DNA from: Bugula neritina
Lineage: Eukaryota; Animalia; Bryozoa
Length of the DNA: 64,000 nt
Reading direction: 5' to 3'
NCBI GenBank assembly: GCA_964035545.1
Contig: OZ037768.1
Coordinates: 24,709,319 to 24,773,318 of the forward strand
Below the pieces are notes generated by a model. The model was not told where the DNA came from and ran no database searches. It saw nothing but the letters and a program-made list of their open reading frames with translations. Below are positions 49,939-64,000 of this stretch, one piece after another. Every line of letters starts with the position of its first letter. Positions within the stretch are counted from its first letter, which is position 1. The translations under genes and the position numbers were made by a program.

Positions 49939-52900
49939 ATGGACGGAGAACGGTCTGCAGCCGGTCCCCTGGTAGTCTTTGCCAGCCGACCAAATTCTCA
50001 CCCATTCCAGGAGCGGCAAGTTTACTGTGAGGAGCCGGTGAAGATCGGCAGATCTGTGGCCAGAGTTCACCCAGCTCCTAGCAACGCCATCTTTGACTGC
50101 AAAGTTCTCTCTCGAAATCATGCCTTGCTGTGGTTTGAGGAGGCAAAAGTAAGGGGCGTAGAAATTATTCTGTGTTTATCTTCTGGTTAATGCCTTTGTG
50201 TAGTTTATATCTTAAGAAATGTCATAAGAAATCTGTACCATGTTTAGTATTGAATACAAATCTATGTATTTCAGTTTTTCCTGCAAGATACGAAAAGCAG
50301 TAACGGCACATTTGTAAATAACCAAAGACTAAGTAAAGGTTCAGAGGAAAGTGAACCTCATGAGATATTTTCTGGAGACATCATTCAGTTTGGTGTGGAT
50401 GTGATGGAGAATTCAAAGAGAGGTCAGTGTGTAATAATATTATGTAATAATACTGAGTTATATTATGTAATAATACTGAGTTATATTATGTAATAATACT
50501 GAGTTATATTATGTAGTAATACTGAGTTATATTATGTAGTAATACTGAGTTATATTATGTAATAATACTGAGTTATATTATATAATAATACTGAGTTATA
50601 TTATGTAATAATACTGAGTTATATTATGTAATAATACTGAGTTATATTATATAATAATACTGAGTTATATTATGTAATAATACTGAGTTATATTATGTAG
50701 TAATACTGAGTTATATTATGTAATAATACTGAGTTATATTATGTAATAATACTGAGTTATATTATATAATAATACTGAGTTATATTATGTAATAATACTG
50801 AGTTATATTATGTAATAATACTGAGTTATATTATGTAATAATACTGAGTTATATTATATAATAATACTGAGTTATATTATATAATAATACTGAGTTATAT
50901 TATGTAATAATACTGAGTTATATTATGTAGTAATACTGAGTTATATTATGTAATAATACTGAGTTATATTATATAATAATACTGAGTTATATTATGTAAT
51001 AATACTGAGTTATATTATGTAATAATACTGAGTTATATTATGTAATAATACTGAGTTATATTATGTAATAATACTGAGTTATATTATGTAGTAATACTGA
51101 GTTATATTATGTAATAATACTGAGTTATATTATGTAATAATACTGAGTTATATTATGTAGTAATACTGAGTTATATTATGTAATAATACTGAGTTATATT
51201 ATGTAATAATACTGAGTTATATTATATAATAATACTGAGTTATATTATGTAGTAATACTGAGTTATATTATGTAGTAATACTGAGTTATATTATGTAATA
51301 ATACTGAGTTATATTATGTAGTAATACTGAGTTATATTATGTAGTAATACTGAGTTATATTATGTAGTAATACTGAGTTATATTATGTAGTAATACTGAG
51401 TTATATTATGTAGTAATACTGAGTCATGTTGCAGTGACTCACGGCTGTATCATGGCATCCATCACGTTGTATTTACCTGACGGCAGCGAAGGTAAGCCGA
51501 GGTTTGTCAGCAGCAGCCTGTCTAGTGCTCATTCAATAAGTACTGTACACTCACAGGAAATGTATCAGTTGTCTCAGTTCCTTCAGGAGGCTCTGCACAG
51601 AGAGCAGGTATATATTGTGTTGTAATATAATATGTTGTATAGTGTAATATAGTGTAATATAATATGTTGTATAGTGTAATATAGTGTAATGTAATATGTT
51701 GTATAGTGTAATATAGTGTAATGTAATATGTTGTATAGTGTAATATAGTGTAATATAATATGTTGTATAGTGTAATATAGTGTGATATAATATGTTGTAT
51801 AGTGTAATATAGTGTAATATAATATGTTGTATAGTGTAATATAGTGTAATATAATATGTTGTATAGTGTAATATAGTGTAATGTAATATGTTGTATAGTG
51901 TAATATAGTGTAATATAATATGTTGTATAGTGTAATATAGTGTGATATATGTTGTATAGTGTAATATAGTGTAATATAATATGTTGTATAGTGTAATATA
52001 ATATGTTGTATAGTGTAATATGGTGTAATATAATATGTTGTATAGTGTAATATAGTGTAATATAATATGTTGTATAGTGTAATATAGTGTAATATAATAT
52101 GTTGTATAGTGTAATATAATATGTTGTATAGTGTAATATGGTGTAATATAATATGTTGTATAGTGTAATATAGTGTAATATAATATGTTGTATAGTGTAA
52201 TATGGTGTAATATAATATGTTGTATAGTGTAATATAGTGTAATATAATATGTTGTATAGTGTAATATAGTGTAATATAATATGTTGTATAGTGTAATATA
52301 ATATGTTGTATAGTGTAATATGGTGTAATATAATATGTTGTATAGTGTAATATAGTGTAATATAATATGTTGTATAGTGTAATATGGTGTAATGTAATAT
52401 GTTGTATAGTGTAATATAGTGTGATATAATATGTTGTATAGTGTAATATAGTGTAATATAATATGTTGTATAGTGTAATATAGTGTAATATAATATGTTG
52501 TATAGTGTAATATAGTGTAATATAATATGTTGTATAGTGTAATATAGTGTGATATAATATGTTGTATAGTGTAATATAATATGTTGTATAGTGTAATATA
52601 GTGTAATATAATATGTTGTATAGTGTAATATAGTGTAATATAATATGTTGTATAGTGTAATATAGTGTAATATAATATGTTGTACAGTGTAATATAGTGT
52701 AATATAATATGTTGTATAGTGTAATATAGTGTAATATAATATGTTGTATAGTGTAATATAGTGTGATATAATATGTTGTATAGTGTAATATAGTGTAATA
52801 TAATATGTTGTATAGTGTAATATAGTGTGATATAATATGTTGTATAGTGTAATATAATATGTTGTATAGTGTAATATAGTGTGATATAATATGTTGTATA

Positions 52901-55900
52901 GTGTAATATAGTGTAATATAATATGTTGTATAGTGTAATATAGTGTGATATAATATGTTGTATAGTGTAATATAGTGTAATATAATATGTTGTATAGTGT
53001 AATATAGTGTAATATAATATGTTGTATAGTGTAATATAGTGTGATATAATATGTTGTATAGTGTAATATAATATGTTGTATAGTGTAATATAGTGTAATA
53101 TAATATGTTGTATAGTGTAATATAGTGTAATATAATATGTTGTATAGTGTAATATAGTGTAATATAATATGTTGTACAGTGTAATATAGTGTAATATAAT
53201 ATGTTGTATAGTGTAATATAGTGTAATATAATATGTTGTATAGTGTAATATAGTGTGATATAATATGTTGTATAGTGTAATATAGTGTGATATAATATAG
53301 TGTATAGTGTAATATAGTGTGATATAATATGTTGTATAGTGTAATATAATATGTTGTATAGTGTAATATAGTGTAATATAATATGTTGTATAGTGTAATA
53401 TAGTGTAATATAATATGTTGTACAGTGTAATATAGTGTAATATAATATGTTGTATAGTGTAATATAGTGTAATATAATATGTTGTATAGTGTAATATAGT
53501 GTAATATAATATGTTGTATAGTGTAATATAGTGTGATATAATATGTTGTATAGTGTAATATAGTGTGATAGAATATGTTATATAGTGTAATATAATATAG
53601 TATATAATGTAATATAACATAGTATATAGTGTAATTTAATATGTTGTACAGATTCTACAAGATAAACTAACACATCTACAGAGCTTGTTACATTCTACAA
53701 ATGAATCGTGTGAATCGAGTTGGCAAGCTCTGATCAAAGAGGACCGACTTTTGTCTAAACTAGAGGTTCTACAGAATCAGCTTTCTGTGTATAGTAAAGT
53801 GAGTATATGTTATATTACTATTATACTGTAATATTATACTGTAATATATTACTATTATACTGTAATATTACTATTATACTGTAATATTATACTGTAATAT
53901 ATTACTATTATACTGTAATATTGTACTGTAATATATTACTATTATACTGTAATATTACTATTATACTGTAATATTATACTGTAATATATTACTATTATAC
54001 TGTAATATTACTATTATACTGTAATATTATACTGTAATATTATACTGTAATATTGTACTGTAATATATTACTATTATACTGTAATATTACTATTATACTG
54101 TAATATTATACTGTAATATATTACTATTATACTGTAATATTACTATTATACTGTAATATTATACTGTAATATATTACTATTATACTGTAATATTGTACTG
54201 TAATATATTACTATTATACTGTAATATTACTATTATACTGTAATATTATACTGTAATATATTACTATTATACTGTAATATTACTATTATACTGTAATATT
54301 ATACTGTAATATTATACTGTAATATTGTACTGTAATATATTACTATTATACTGTAATATTACTATTATACTGTAATATTATACTGTAATATTACTATTAT
54401 ACTGTAATATTATACTGTAATATATTACTATTATACTGTAATATTGTACTGTAATATATTACTATTATACTGTAATATATTACTATTATACTGTAATATT
54501 ATACTGTAATATATTACTATTATACTGTAATATTGTACTGTAATATATTACTATTATACTGTAATATTACTATTATACTGTAATATTATACTGTAATATA
54601 TTACTATAATATATTACTATTATAATATATTACTATTATAGTATATTACTATACGCATATTCTACAGAACCAAACTGAAGGGAGTCTTCAGCACCAGATC
54701 ATAAGTATGGAGGAGGAGAGACTTCGCTATGAACAGAGTAGCAAGGAGTCTCTACGGAAGGTTCTAGAAGAGAAGATTGTAGCTATTCAAGATCTGGCTG
54801 AAGTAGAGGTAACTACCTGCTAGCCCTTCTAGCTACTTGCTACCCCTTCTAGTTACTTGCTACCCCTTCTAGTTACTTGCTACCCCTTTATGCAAGTTCT
54901 GCTGCTACAATTTTAGAGGTCATTGGCTAACACTGAGAATGAATGTCAGTATCTGAAAGACTTACATGAGAAAAGTCAGCAGCAATACGCTGACCTAACT
55001 GAGCAGTTTGAAGCTAAGATGAAGGAGCACTCAGAGCTGGAACAACAACTGCAGGTTGACATGTTATATATATTATATAACTGAGTATGTTATATAACTG
55101 AGTGTATTATATAACTGAGTATATTATATAACTGAGTATATTATATAACTGAGTATGTTATATAACTGAGTGTATTATATAACTGAGTGTATTATATAAC
55201 TGAGTATATTATATAACTGAGTATGTTATATAACTGAGTGTATTATATAACTGAGTGTATTATATAACTGAGTGTATTATATAACTGAGTATATTATATA
55301 ACTGAGTGTATTATATAACTGAGTGTATTATATAACTGAGTGTATTATATAACTGAGTGTATTATATAACTGAGTATGTTATATAACTGAGTGTATTATA
55401 TGACTGAGTGTATTATATAACTGAGTGTATTATATAACTGAGTATATTATATAACTGAGTGTATTATATAACTGAGTGTATTATATAACTGCGTGTATTA
55501 TATGACTGAGTGTATTATATAACTGAGTGTATTATATAACTGAGTGTATTATATAACTGAGTGTATTATATAACTGAGTATGTTATATAACTGAGTGTAT
55601 TATATAACTGAGTATGTTATATAACTGAGTGTGTTATATAACTGAGTGTATTATATAACTGAGTGTATTATATAACTGAGTATATTATATAACTGAGTGT
55701 ATTATATAACTGAGTGTATTATATAACTGAGTGTATTATATAACTGAGTGTATTATATAACTGAGTGTATTATATAACTGAGTGTATTATATAACTGAGT
55801 GTATTATATAACTGAGTGTATCATATAACTGAGTGTATCATATAACTGAGTGTATCATATAACTGAGTATATCATATAACTGAGTGTATCATATAACTGA

Positions 55901-58900
55901 GTGTATTATATAACTGAGTGTATTATATAACTGAGTATATTATATAACTGAGTATATTATATAACTGAGTATATTATATAACTGAGTATATTATATTACT
56001 GAGTATATTATATAACTGAGTATATTATATAACTGAGTGTATTATATAACTGAGTGTATTATATAACTGAGTGTATTATATAACTGAGTGTATTATATAA
56101 CTGAGTATATTATATAACTGAGTGTATTATATAACTGAGTGTATTATATAACTGAGTATATTATATAACTGAGTGTATTATATAACTGAGTATATTATAT
56201 AACTGAGTGTATTATATAACTGAGTATATTATATGACTGAGTATATTATATAACTGAGTATATTATATGACTGAGTGTATGCAGGGTATACGTATAAACA
56301 ACATGTTGTTGCTCTGAGTAGGAAGCAGTGACTAAAAGGGAAGCAGATTATACAGAATATGAGGCTATAAAAGATGGAATTCAGGCTAAACTGGAGGCAG
56401 CTTTAGCTGACAGAGATGCCTACCAGGCTAAAGTCATACACCTACAGAATATGCAATCACAGCCATCTAAATCAGAACCGAGTGCTAATGGTGGTGGTGA
56501 CGATTCCCCAATCAATGGAGAAATATTGGAAGGAGAGAGAGACTCGTGTCACCCGCCCTCTCCTGACTCAGTTGACTCAATAGAATCTCTCAGACTACAA
56601 GTCGAAGATTCACAAATCAAAATACAAGACTATCAGAGTGAGTATTACAGTAACACAGTATATTATGTTATAGTAACACAGTATATTATGTTACAGTAAC
56701 GCAGTATATTATGTTATAGTAACACAGTATATTATGTTATAGTAACACAGTATATTATGTTATAGTAACGCAGTATATTATGTTATAGTAACACAGTATA
56801 TTATGTTATAGTAACACAGTATATTATGTTATAGTAACGCAGTATATTATGTTATAGTAACGCAGTATATTATGTTATAGTAACACAGTATATTATGTTA
56901 TAGTAACACAGTATATTATGTTATAGTAACACAGTATATTATGTTATAGTAACACAGTATATTATGTTATAGTAACACAGTATATTATGTTATAGTAACA
57001 CAGTATATTATGTTATAGTAACACAGTATATTATGTTATAGTAACGCAGTATATTATGTTATAGTAACACAGTATATTATGTTATAGTAACACAGTATAT
57101 TATGTTATAGTAACGCAGTATATTATGTTATAGTAACGCAGTATATTATGTTATAGTAACACAGTATATTATGTTATAGTAACACAGTATATTATGTTAT
57201 AGTAACACAGTATATTATGTTATAGTAACACAGTATATTATGTTATAGTAACACAGTATATTATGTTATAGTAACACAGTATATTATGTTATAGTAACAC
57301 AGTATATTATGTTATAGTAACACAGTATATTATGTTATAGTAACACAGTATATTATGTTATATTACACAGTATATTATGTTATAGTAACACAGTATATTA
57401 TGTTACAGTAACACAGTATATTGTGTTATAGTAACGCAGTATATTATGTTATAGTAACACAGTATATTATGTTATAGTAACACAGTATATTATGTTATAG
57501 TAACACAGTATATTATGTTATAGTAACACAGTATATTATGTTATATTACACAGTATATTATGTTATAGTAACACAGTATATTATGTTATAGTAACACAGT
57601 ATATTATGTTATAGTAACACAGTATATTATGTTATAGTAACACAGTATATTATGTTATAGTAACACAGTATATTATGTTATAGTAACACAGTATATTATG
57701 TTATAGTAACACAGTATATTATGTTATAGTAACACAGTATATTATGTTATAGTAACACAGTATATTATGTTATAGTAACACAGTATATTATGTTATAGTA
57801 ACACAGTATATTATGTTATAGTAACACAGTATATTATGTTATATTACACAGTATATTATGTTATAGTAACACAGTATATTATGTTATAGTAACACAGTAT
57901 ATTATGTTATAGTAACACAGTATATTATGTTATAGTAACACAGTATATTATGTTATAGTAACACAGTATATCATGTTATAGTAACACAGTATATTGACAG
58001 ATCTGTTGAATAAAGCAAAGCAGTCGCTAGCAGAAAGAGATGATGAAGTGAAGCAGTTAAATCAGAACATGGAGCAGGCGCAGCTGGAAATAGTGGAGTA
58101 TGTGACAAAAGTGGCTACATTAGAAGAGAAACTCAAGCTAGTCTCCGAGCATAATGGGGGGCGGGTGGATGAAACAACCAAACTGCTGCAAGGTGGGGTG
58201 CTTTATTTTCTATAATAATATTATTTATATACAGTACTTCAGTATGCACTGTACCACTATACCGTATTTCAACATGCACTGTACCACTATACTGTATTTC
58301 AGTATGTTTGAACATTGATAGTTTTGTTTTAGAGCAAATAACACAGCTAACCCTTTCCCACAACACCGTTGTTGAAGATCTTAAAGGTAATCACTTTTTG
58401 GGATTTCATTTCCTATTTCGAGTATAGATAGTAATAATATAGACATGAGTATAGATAGTAATAATATAGACATGAGTATAGATAGTAATAATATATACAT
58501 GAGTATAGATAGTAATAATATAGACATGAGTATAGATAGTAATAATATATACATGAGTATAGATAGTAATAATATAGACATGAGTATAGATAGTAATAAT
58601 ATAGACATGAGTATAGATAGTAATAATATAGACATGAGTATAGATAGTAATAATGTAGACATGAGTATAGATAGTAATAATATAGACATGAGTATAGATA
58701 GTAATAATATAGACATGAGTATAGATAGTAATAATATAGACATGAGTATAGATAGTAATAATATATACATGAGTATAGATAGTAATAATGTAGACATGAG
58801 TATAGATAGTAATAATATAGACATGAGTATAGATAGTAATAATATATACATGAGTATAGATAGTAATAATGTAGACATGAGTATAGATAGTAATAATATA

Positions 58901-61900
58901 GACATGAGTATAGATAGTAATAATATAGACATGAGTATAGATAGTAATAATATAGACATGAGTATAGATAGTAATAATGTAGACATGAGTATAGATAGTA
59001 ATAATATAGACATGAGTATAGATAGTAATAATATAGACATGAGTATAGATAGTAATAATATAGACATGAGTATAGATAGTAATAATATAGACATGAGTAT
59101 AGATAGTAATAATGTAGACATGAGTATAGATAGTAATAATATAGACATGAGTATAGATAGTAATAATATAGACATGAGTATAGATAGTAATAATATATAC
59201 ATGAGTATAGATAGTAATAATATATACATGAGTATAGATAGTAATAATATATACATGAGTATAGATAGTAATAATATAGACATGAGTATAGATAGTAATA
59301 ATGTAGACATGAGTATAGATAGTAATAATATAGACATGAGTATAGATAGTAATAATATAGACATGAGTATAGATAGTAATAATATAGACATGAGTATAGA
59401 TAGTAATAATATAGACATGAGTATAGATAGTAATAATATAGACATGAGTATAGATAGTAATAATATAGACATGAGTATAGATAGTAATAATATATACATG
59501 AGTATAGATAGTAATAATATAGACATGAGTATAGATAGTAATAATATAGACATGAGTATAGATAGTAATAATATAGACATGAGTATAGATAGTAATAATA
59601 TAGACATGAGTATAGATAGTAATAATATATACATGAGTATAGATAGTAATAATATAGACATGAGTATAGATAGTAATATACTAGACATGAGTATAGATAG
59701 TAATAATGTAGACATGAGTATAGATAGTAATAATATAGACATGAGTATAGATAGTAATAATGTAGACATGAGTATAGATAGTAATAATATAGACATGAGT
59801 ATAGATAGTAATAATATAGACATGAGTATAGATAGTAATAATATAGACATGAGTATAGATAGTAATAATATAGACATGAGTATAGATAGTTATAATATAG
59901 ACATGAGTATAGATAGTAATAATATAGACATGAGTATAGATAGTAATAATATATACATGAGTATAGATAGTAATAATGTAGACATGAGTATAGATAGTAA
60001 TAATATATACATGAGTATAGATAGTAATAATGTAGACATGAGTATAGATAGTAATAATATAGACATGAGTATAGATAGTAATAATATATACATGAGTATA
60101 GATAGTAATAATGTAGACATGAGTATAGATAGTAATAATATAGACATGAGTATAGATAGTAATAATATATACATGAGTATAGATAGTAATAATGTAGACA
60201 TGAGTATAGATAGTAATAATATAGACATGAGTATAGATAGTAATAATATAGACATGAGTATAGATAGTAATAATATAGACATGAGTATAGATAGTAATAA
60301 TATAGACATGAGTATAGATAGTAATAATATAGACATGAGTATAGATAGTAATAATATAGACATGAGTATAGATAGTAATAATATAGACATGAGTATAGAT
60401 AGTAATAATATAGACATGAGTATAGATAGTAATAATATAGACATGAGTATAGATAGTAATAATATAGACATGAGTATAGATAGTAATAATATAGACATGA
60501 GTATAGATAGTAATAATATAGACATGAGTATAGATAGTAATAATATATACATGAGTATAGATAGTAATAATATAGACATGAGTATAGATAGTAATAATAT
60601 AGACATGAGTATAGATAGTAATAATATAGACATGAGTATAGATAGTAATAATATAGACATGAGTATAGATAGTAATAATATAGACATGAGTATAGATAGT
60701 AATAATATAGACATGAGTATAGATAGTAATAATATATACATGAGTATAGATAGTAATAATATAGACATGAGTATAGATAGTAATAATATAGACATGAGTA
60801 TAGATAGTAATAATATAGACATGAGTATAGATAGTAATAATATAGACATGAGTATAGATAGTAATAATATAGACATGAGTATAGATAGTAATAATATAGA
60901 CATGAGTATAGATAGTAATAATATAGACATGAGTATAGATAGTAATAATATAGACATGAGTATAGATAGTAATAATATAGACATGAGTATAGATAGTAAT
61001 AATATAGACATGAGTATAGATAGTAATAATATAGACATGAGTATAGATAGTAATAATATAGACATGAGTATAGATAGTAATAATATATACATGAGTATAG
61101 ATAGTAATAATATAGACATGAGTATAGATAGTAATAATATAGACATGAGTATAGATAGTAATAATATAGACATGAGTATAGATAGTAATAATGTAGACAT
61201 GAGTATAGATAGTAATAATATAGACATGAGTATAGATAGTAATAATATAGACATGAGTATAGATAGTAATAATATAGACATGAGTATAGATAGTAATAAT
61301 ATAGACATGAGTATAGATAGTAATAATATAGACATGAGTATAGATAGTAATAATATAGACATGGGTATAGATAGTAATAATATAGACATGAGTATAGATA
61401 GTAATAATATAGACATGAGTATAGATAGTAATAATATATACATGAGTATAGATAGTAATAATATAGACATGAGTATAGATAGTAATAATATAGACATGAG
61501 TATAGATAGTAATAATATAGACATGAGTATAGATAGTAATATACTAGACATGAGTATAGATAGTAATAATGTAGACATGAGTATAGATAGTAATAATATA
61601 GACATGAGTATAGATAGTAATAATGTAGACATGAGTATAGATAGTAATAATATAGACATGAGTATAGATAGTAATAATATAGACATGAGTATAGATAGTA
61701 ATAATATAGACATGAGTATAGATAGTAATAATATAGACATGAGTATAGATAGTAATAATATAGACATGAGTATAGATAGTAATAATATAGACATGAGTAT
61801 AGATAGTAATAATATAGACATGAGTATAGATAGTAATAATATAGACATGAGTATAGATAGTAATAATATAGACATGAGTATAGATAGTAATAATATAGAC

Positions 61901-63966
61901 ATGAGTATAGATAGTAATAATATAGACATGAGTATAGATAGTAATAATATAGACATGAGTATAGATAGTAATAATATAGACATGAGTATAGATAGTAATA
62001 ATGTAGACATGAGTATAGATAGTAATAATATATACATGAGTATAGATAGTAATAATGTAGACATGAGTATAGATAGTAATAATATATACATGAGTATAGA
62101 TAGTAATAATATAGACATGAGTATAGATAGTAATAATATATACATGAGTATAGATAGTAATACACTGATTGTTCAGCTGAACTGGAAGCCATGCGGAAGG
62201 CAGAGGAGAGTAGCACTGGGGGAGACACGCAAGATCATGCAGTGGATGCTGATACTAAAAGTGATGACAAAACTGATGGGTTGAATTTAGGGCTGGAAGA
62301 GACCACCAAGGGAGAGAACACAGAGGTGGAGACCATAGAGGGAGAGACCACCAAGGGAGAGAACACAGAGGTGGAGACCATAGAGGGGGTAAAAGAACTC
62401 TCTAACAGCCAAAAAGCAGAGGCGGCTGACCTTAGAGAACAGATTCAACAGTTAAAGGGTTTGTAGATAGCCAGCTCTATAAGTTCTCTAGTATTACTCT
62501 ATAAGTTCTCTAGTATTACTCTATAAGTTCTCTAGTATTACTCTATAAGTTCTCTAGTATTACTCTATAAGTTCTCTAGTATTACTCTATAAGTTCTCTA
62601 GTATTACTCTATAAGTTCTCTAGTATTGTCCTGGTTATCACTGCTATTGATGTTTTTTTATTCCACAGATCAACTTTCCAACCAACAAACACTAAACCAG
62701 CAGAGAAATGCAGAGACATGCAGTCTACAAGGTACAATAGTTCTATGCCAGTTGACTAGCACCTGAAAACACTTTACTAGCACCTGAAAACACTTTACTA
62801 GCACCTGAAAACACTTTACTAGCACCTGAAAACACTTTACTAGCACCTGAAAACACTTTCCTAGCACCTGAAAACACTTTACTAGCACCTGAAAACACTT
62901 TACTAGCACCTGAAAACACTTTACTAGCACCTGAAGATCTGCTACTTTCTATATACTACTCTCTATATACTACTCTCTATATACTACTTTCTATATACTA
63001 CTCTCTATATACTACTCTCTATATACTACTCTCTATATACTACTCTCTATATACTACTTTCTATATACTACTCTCTATATACTACTCTCTATATACTACT
63101 GTCTATATACTACTCTCTATATACTACTGTCTATATACTACTGTCTATATACTACTCTCTATATACTACTGTCTATATACTACTGTCTATATACTACTGT
63201 CTATATACTACTCTCTATATACTACTGTCTATATACTACTGTCTATATACTACTCTCTATATACTACTCTCTATATACTACTGTCTATATACTACTGTCT
63301 ATATACTACTCTCTATATACTACTCTATATATACTACTCTCTATATACTACTCTCTATATACTACTCTATATATACTACTCTCTATATACTACTGTCTAT
63401 ATACTACTCTCTATATACTACTCTCTATATACTACTGTCTATATTCTACTGTCTATATACTACTCTCTATATACTACTGTCTATATACTACTGTCTATAT
63501 ACTACTGTCTATATACTACTGTCTATATACTACTCTCTATATACTACTGTCTATATACTACTGTCTATATACTACTCTCTATATACTACTCTCTATATAC
63601 TACTCTCTATATACTACTCTCTATATACTACTGTCTATATACTACTCTCTATATACTACTGTCTATATACTACTGTCTATATACTACTGTCTATATACTA
63701 CTGTCTATATACTACTCTCTATATACTACTGTCTATATACTACTGTCTATATACTACTGTCTATATACTACTGTCTATATTCTACTGTCTATATACTACT
63801 GTCTATATTCTACTGTCTATATACTACTGTCTATATTCTACTGTCTATATACTACTGTCTATATACTACTGTCTATATTCTACTGTCTATATTCTACTTT
63901 CAGTTGACCTCAGCGAGGCGCGTCTCCAGGCGCAGATTCAAGCTGACGCAGCTCTGGAATATAAAG
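49939..63966 (+). CDS. SLMAP: Sarcolemmal membrane-associated protein (FHA domain + coiled coil, STRIPAK component); 3' end beyond the window
   Basis: Exons 49939-50148, 50275-50422, 51435-51607, 53652-53798, 54668-54808, 54917-55054, 56322-56637, 58001-58192, 58333-58386, 62177-62458, 62669-62731, 63904-63966. Motifs [10 protein letters not shown]...[73 protein letters not shown]-like and [15 protein letters not shown] match SLMAP. Confidence 0.96.
50437..51425. repeat. SLMAP intron 2 minisatellite, 23-bp GAGTTATATTATGTAATAATACT
   Basis: Fills the intron. Confidence 0.95.
51620..54600. repeat. SLMAP intron 3 (36-bp ATATGTTGTATAGTGTAATATAGTGTAATATA-type, 51620-53600) and intron 4 (TATTATACTGTAATAT mosaic, 53812-54600) minisatellites
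   Basis: Tandem units either side of exon 4. Confidence 0.95.
55070..57995. repeat. SLMAP intron 6 (17-bp CTGAGTGTATTATATAA, 55070-56280) and intron 7 (23-bp AGTAACACAGTATATTATGTTAT, 56648-57995) minisatellites
   Basis: Tandem units either side of exon 7. Confidence 0.95.
58421..62161. repeat. SLMAP intron 9 minisatellite, 27-bp ATGAGTATAGATAGTAATAATATAGAC, ~138 units (3.7 kb)
   Basis: Largest array in the window; source of the spurious 1279-aa ORF. Confidence 0.97.
62299..62388 (+). repeat. coding 45-bp duplication ([15 protein letters not shown]) x2 in SLMAP exon 10
   Basis: In-frame direct repeat. Confidence 0.9.
62476..63897. repeat. SLMAP intron 10 (22-bp, 62476-62626) and intron 11 (21-bp 62756-62935; 14-bp ACTACT(C/G)TCTATAT 62942-63897) minisatellites
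   Basis: Tandem units. Confidence 0.9.
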
Positions 63967-64000
63967 GTTGGCCTCCATTTTGTCTCTGTTCTACCACTCT

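Noticed and set aside
51551-53620. 689-aa Tyr/Ile-rich minus-strand ORF
   Set aside because: Antisense read of the SLMAP intron 3 minisatellite.
58413-62284. 1271-1279-aa ORFs (MSIDSNNID)n and (YYYYLYSCL)n
   Set aside because: Stop-free frames of a 27-bp array lying inside a phase-consistent SLMAP intron; open on both strands, with no evidence of coding.
1-64000. tRNA/rRNA/snoRNA genes
   Set aside because: None recognisable by eye; an Infernal/tRNAscan search, especially of repeat-free intron islands such as 30710-30820 and 41225-41500, would be needed to exclude them.

Overview
AT-rich, intron-rich animal genomic DNA; the ORF track is mostly artefact from tandem repeats. I reconstructed five spliced genes by hand with consistent intron phases: (1) the 5' part of an MTSS1/MIM-like I-BAR gene on the minus strand, running off the left edge; (2) a POT1-like telomere OB-fold gene on the plus strand (12 exons, ~834 aa) with an atypical C-terminal half; (3) TRAPPC8 on the plus strand (25 exons, ~1288 aa, one GC-AG intron); (4) TOMM7 on the minus strand (3 coding exons), convergent with TRAPPC8; (5) SLMAP on the plus strand (FHA + coiled coil), running off the right edge. 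Mobile DNA: a decayed ~4.8 kb TTAA-flanked Kolobok-like transposon carrying a P2X7-ballast/KolX-like pseudogene, a 535-bp hAT-type MITE with an 8-bp TSD, an RTE-like LINE fragment and several small palindromic elements. The most striking feature is architectural. Most introns are filled nearly splice site to splice site by their own private minisatellite (12-47 bp units), and several units copy the splice donor or acceptor itself, while exonic arrays have units that are multiples of 3. Intergenic/promoter DNA lacks these arrays but carries a degenerate A-N-T-N-A-T hexamer-phase low-complexity sequence. The taxon cannot be determined from the window; a marine invertebrate (e.g. a lophotrochozoan) is only a guess. 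Coordinates were counted manually and may be off by a few bases.
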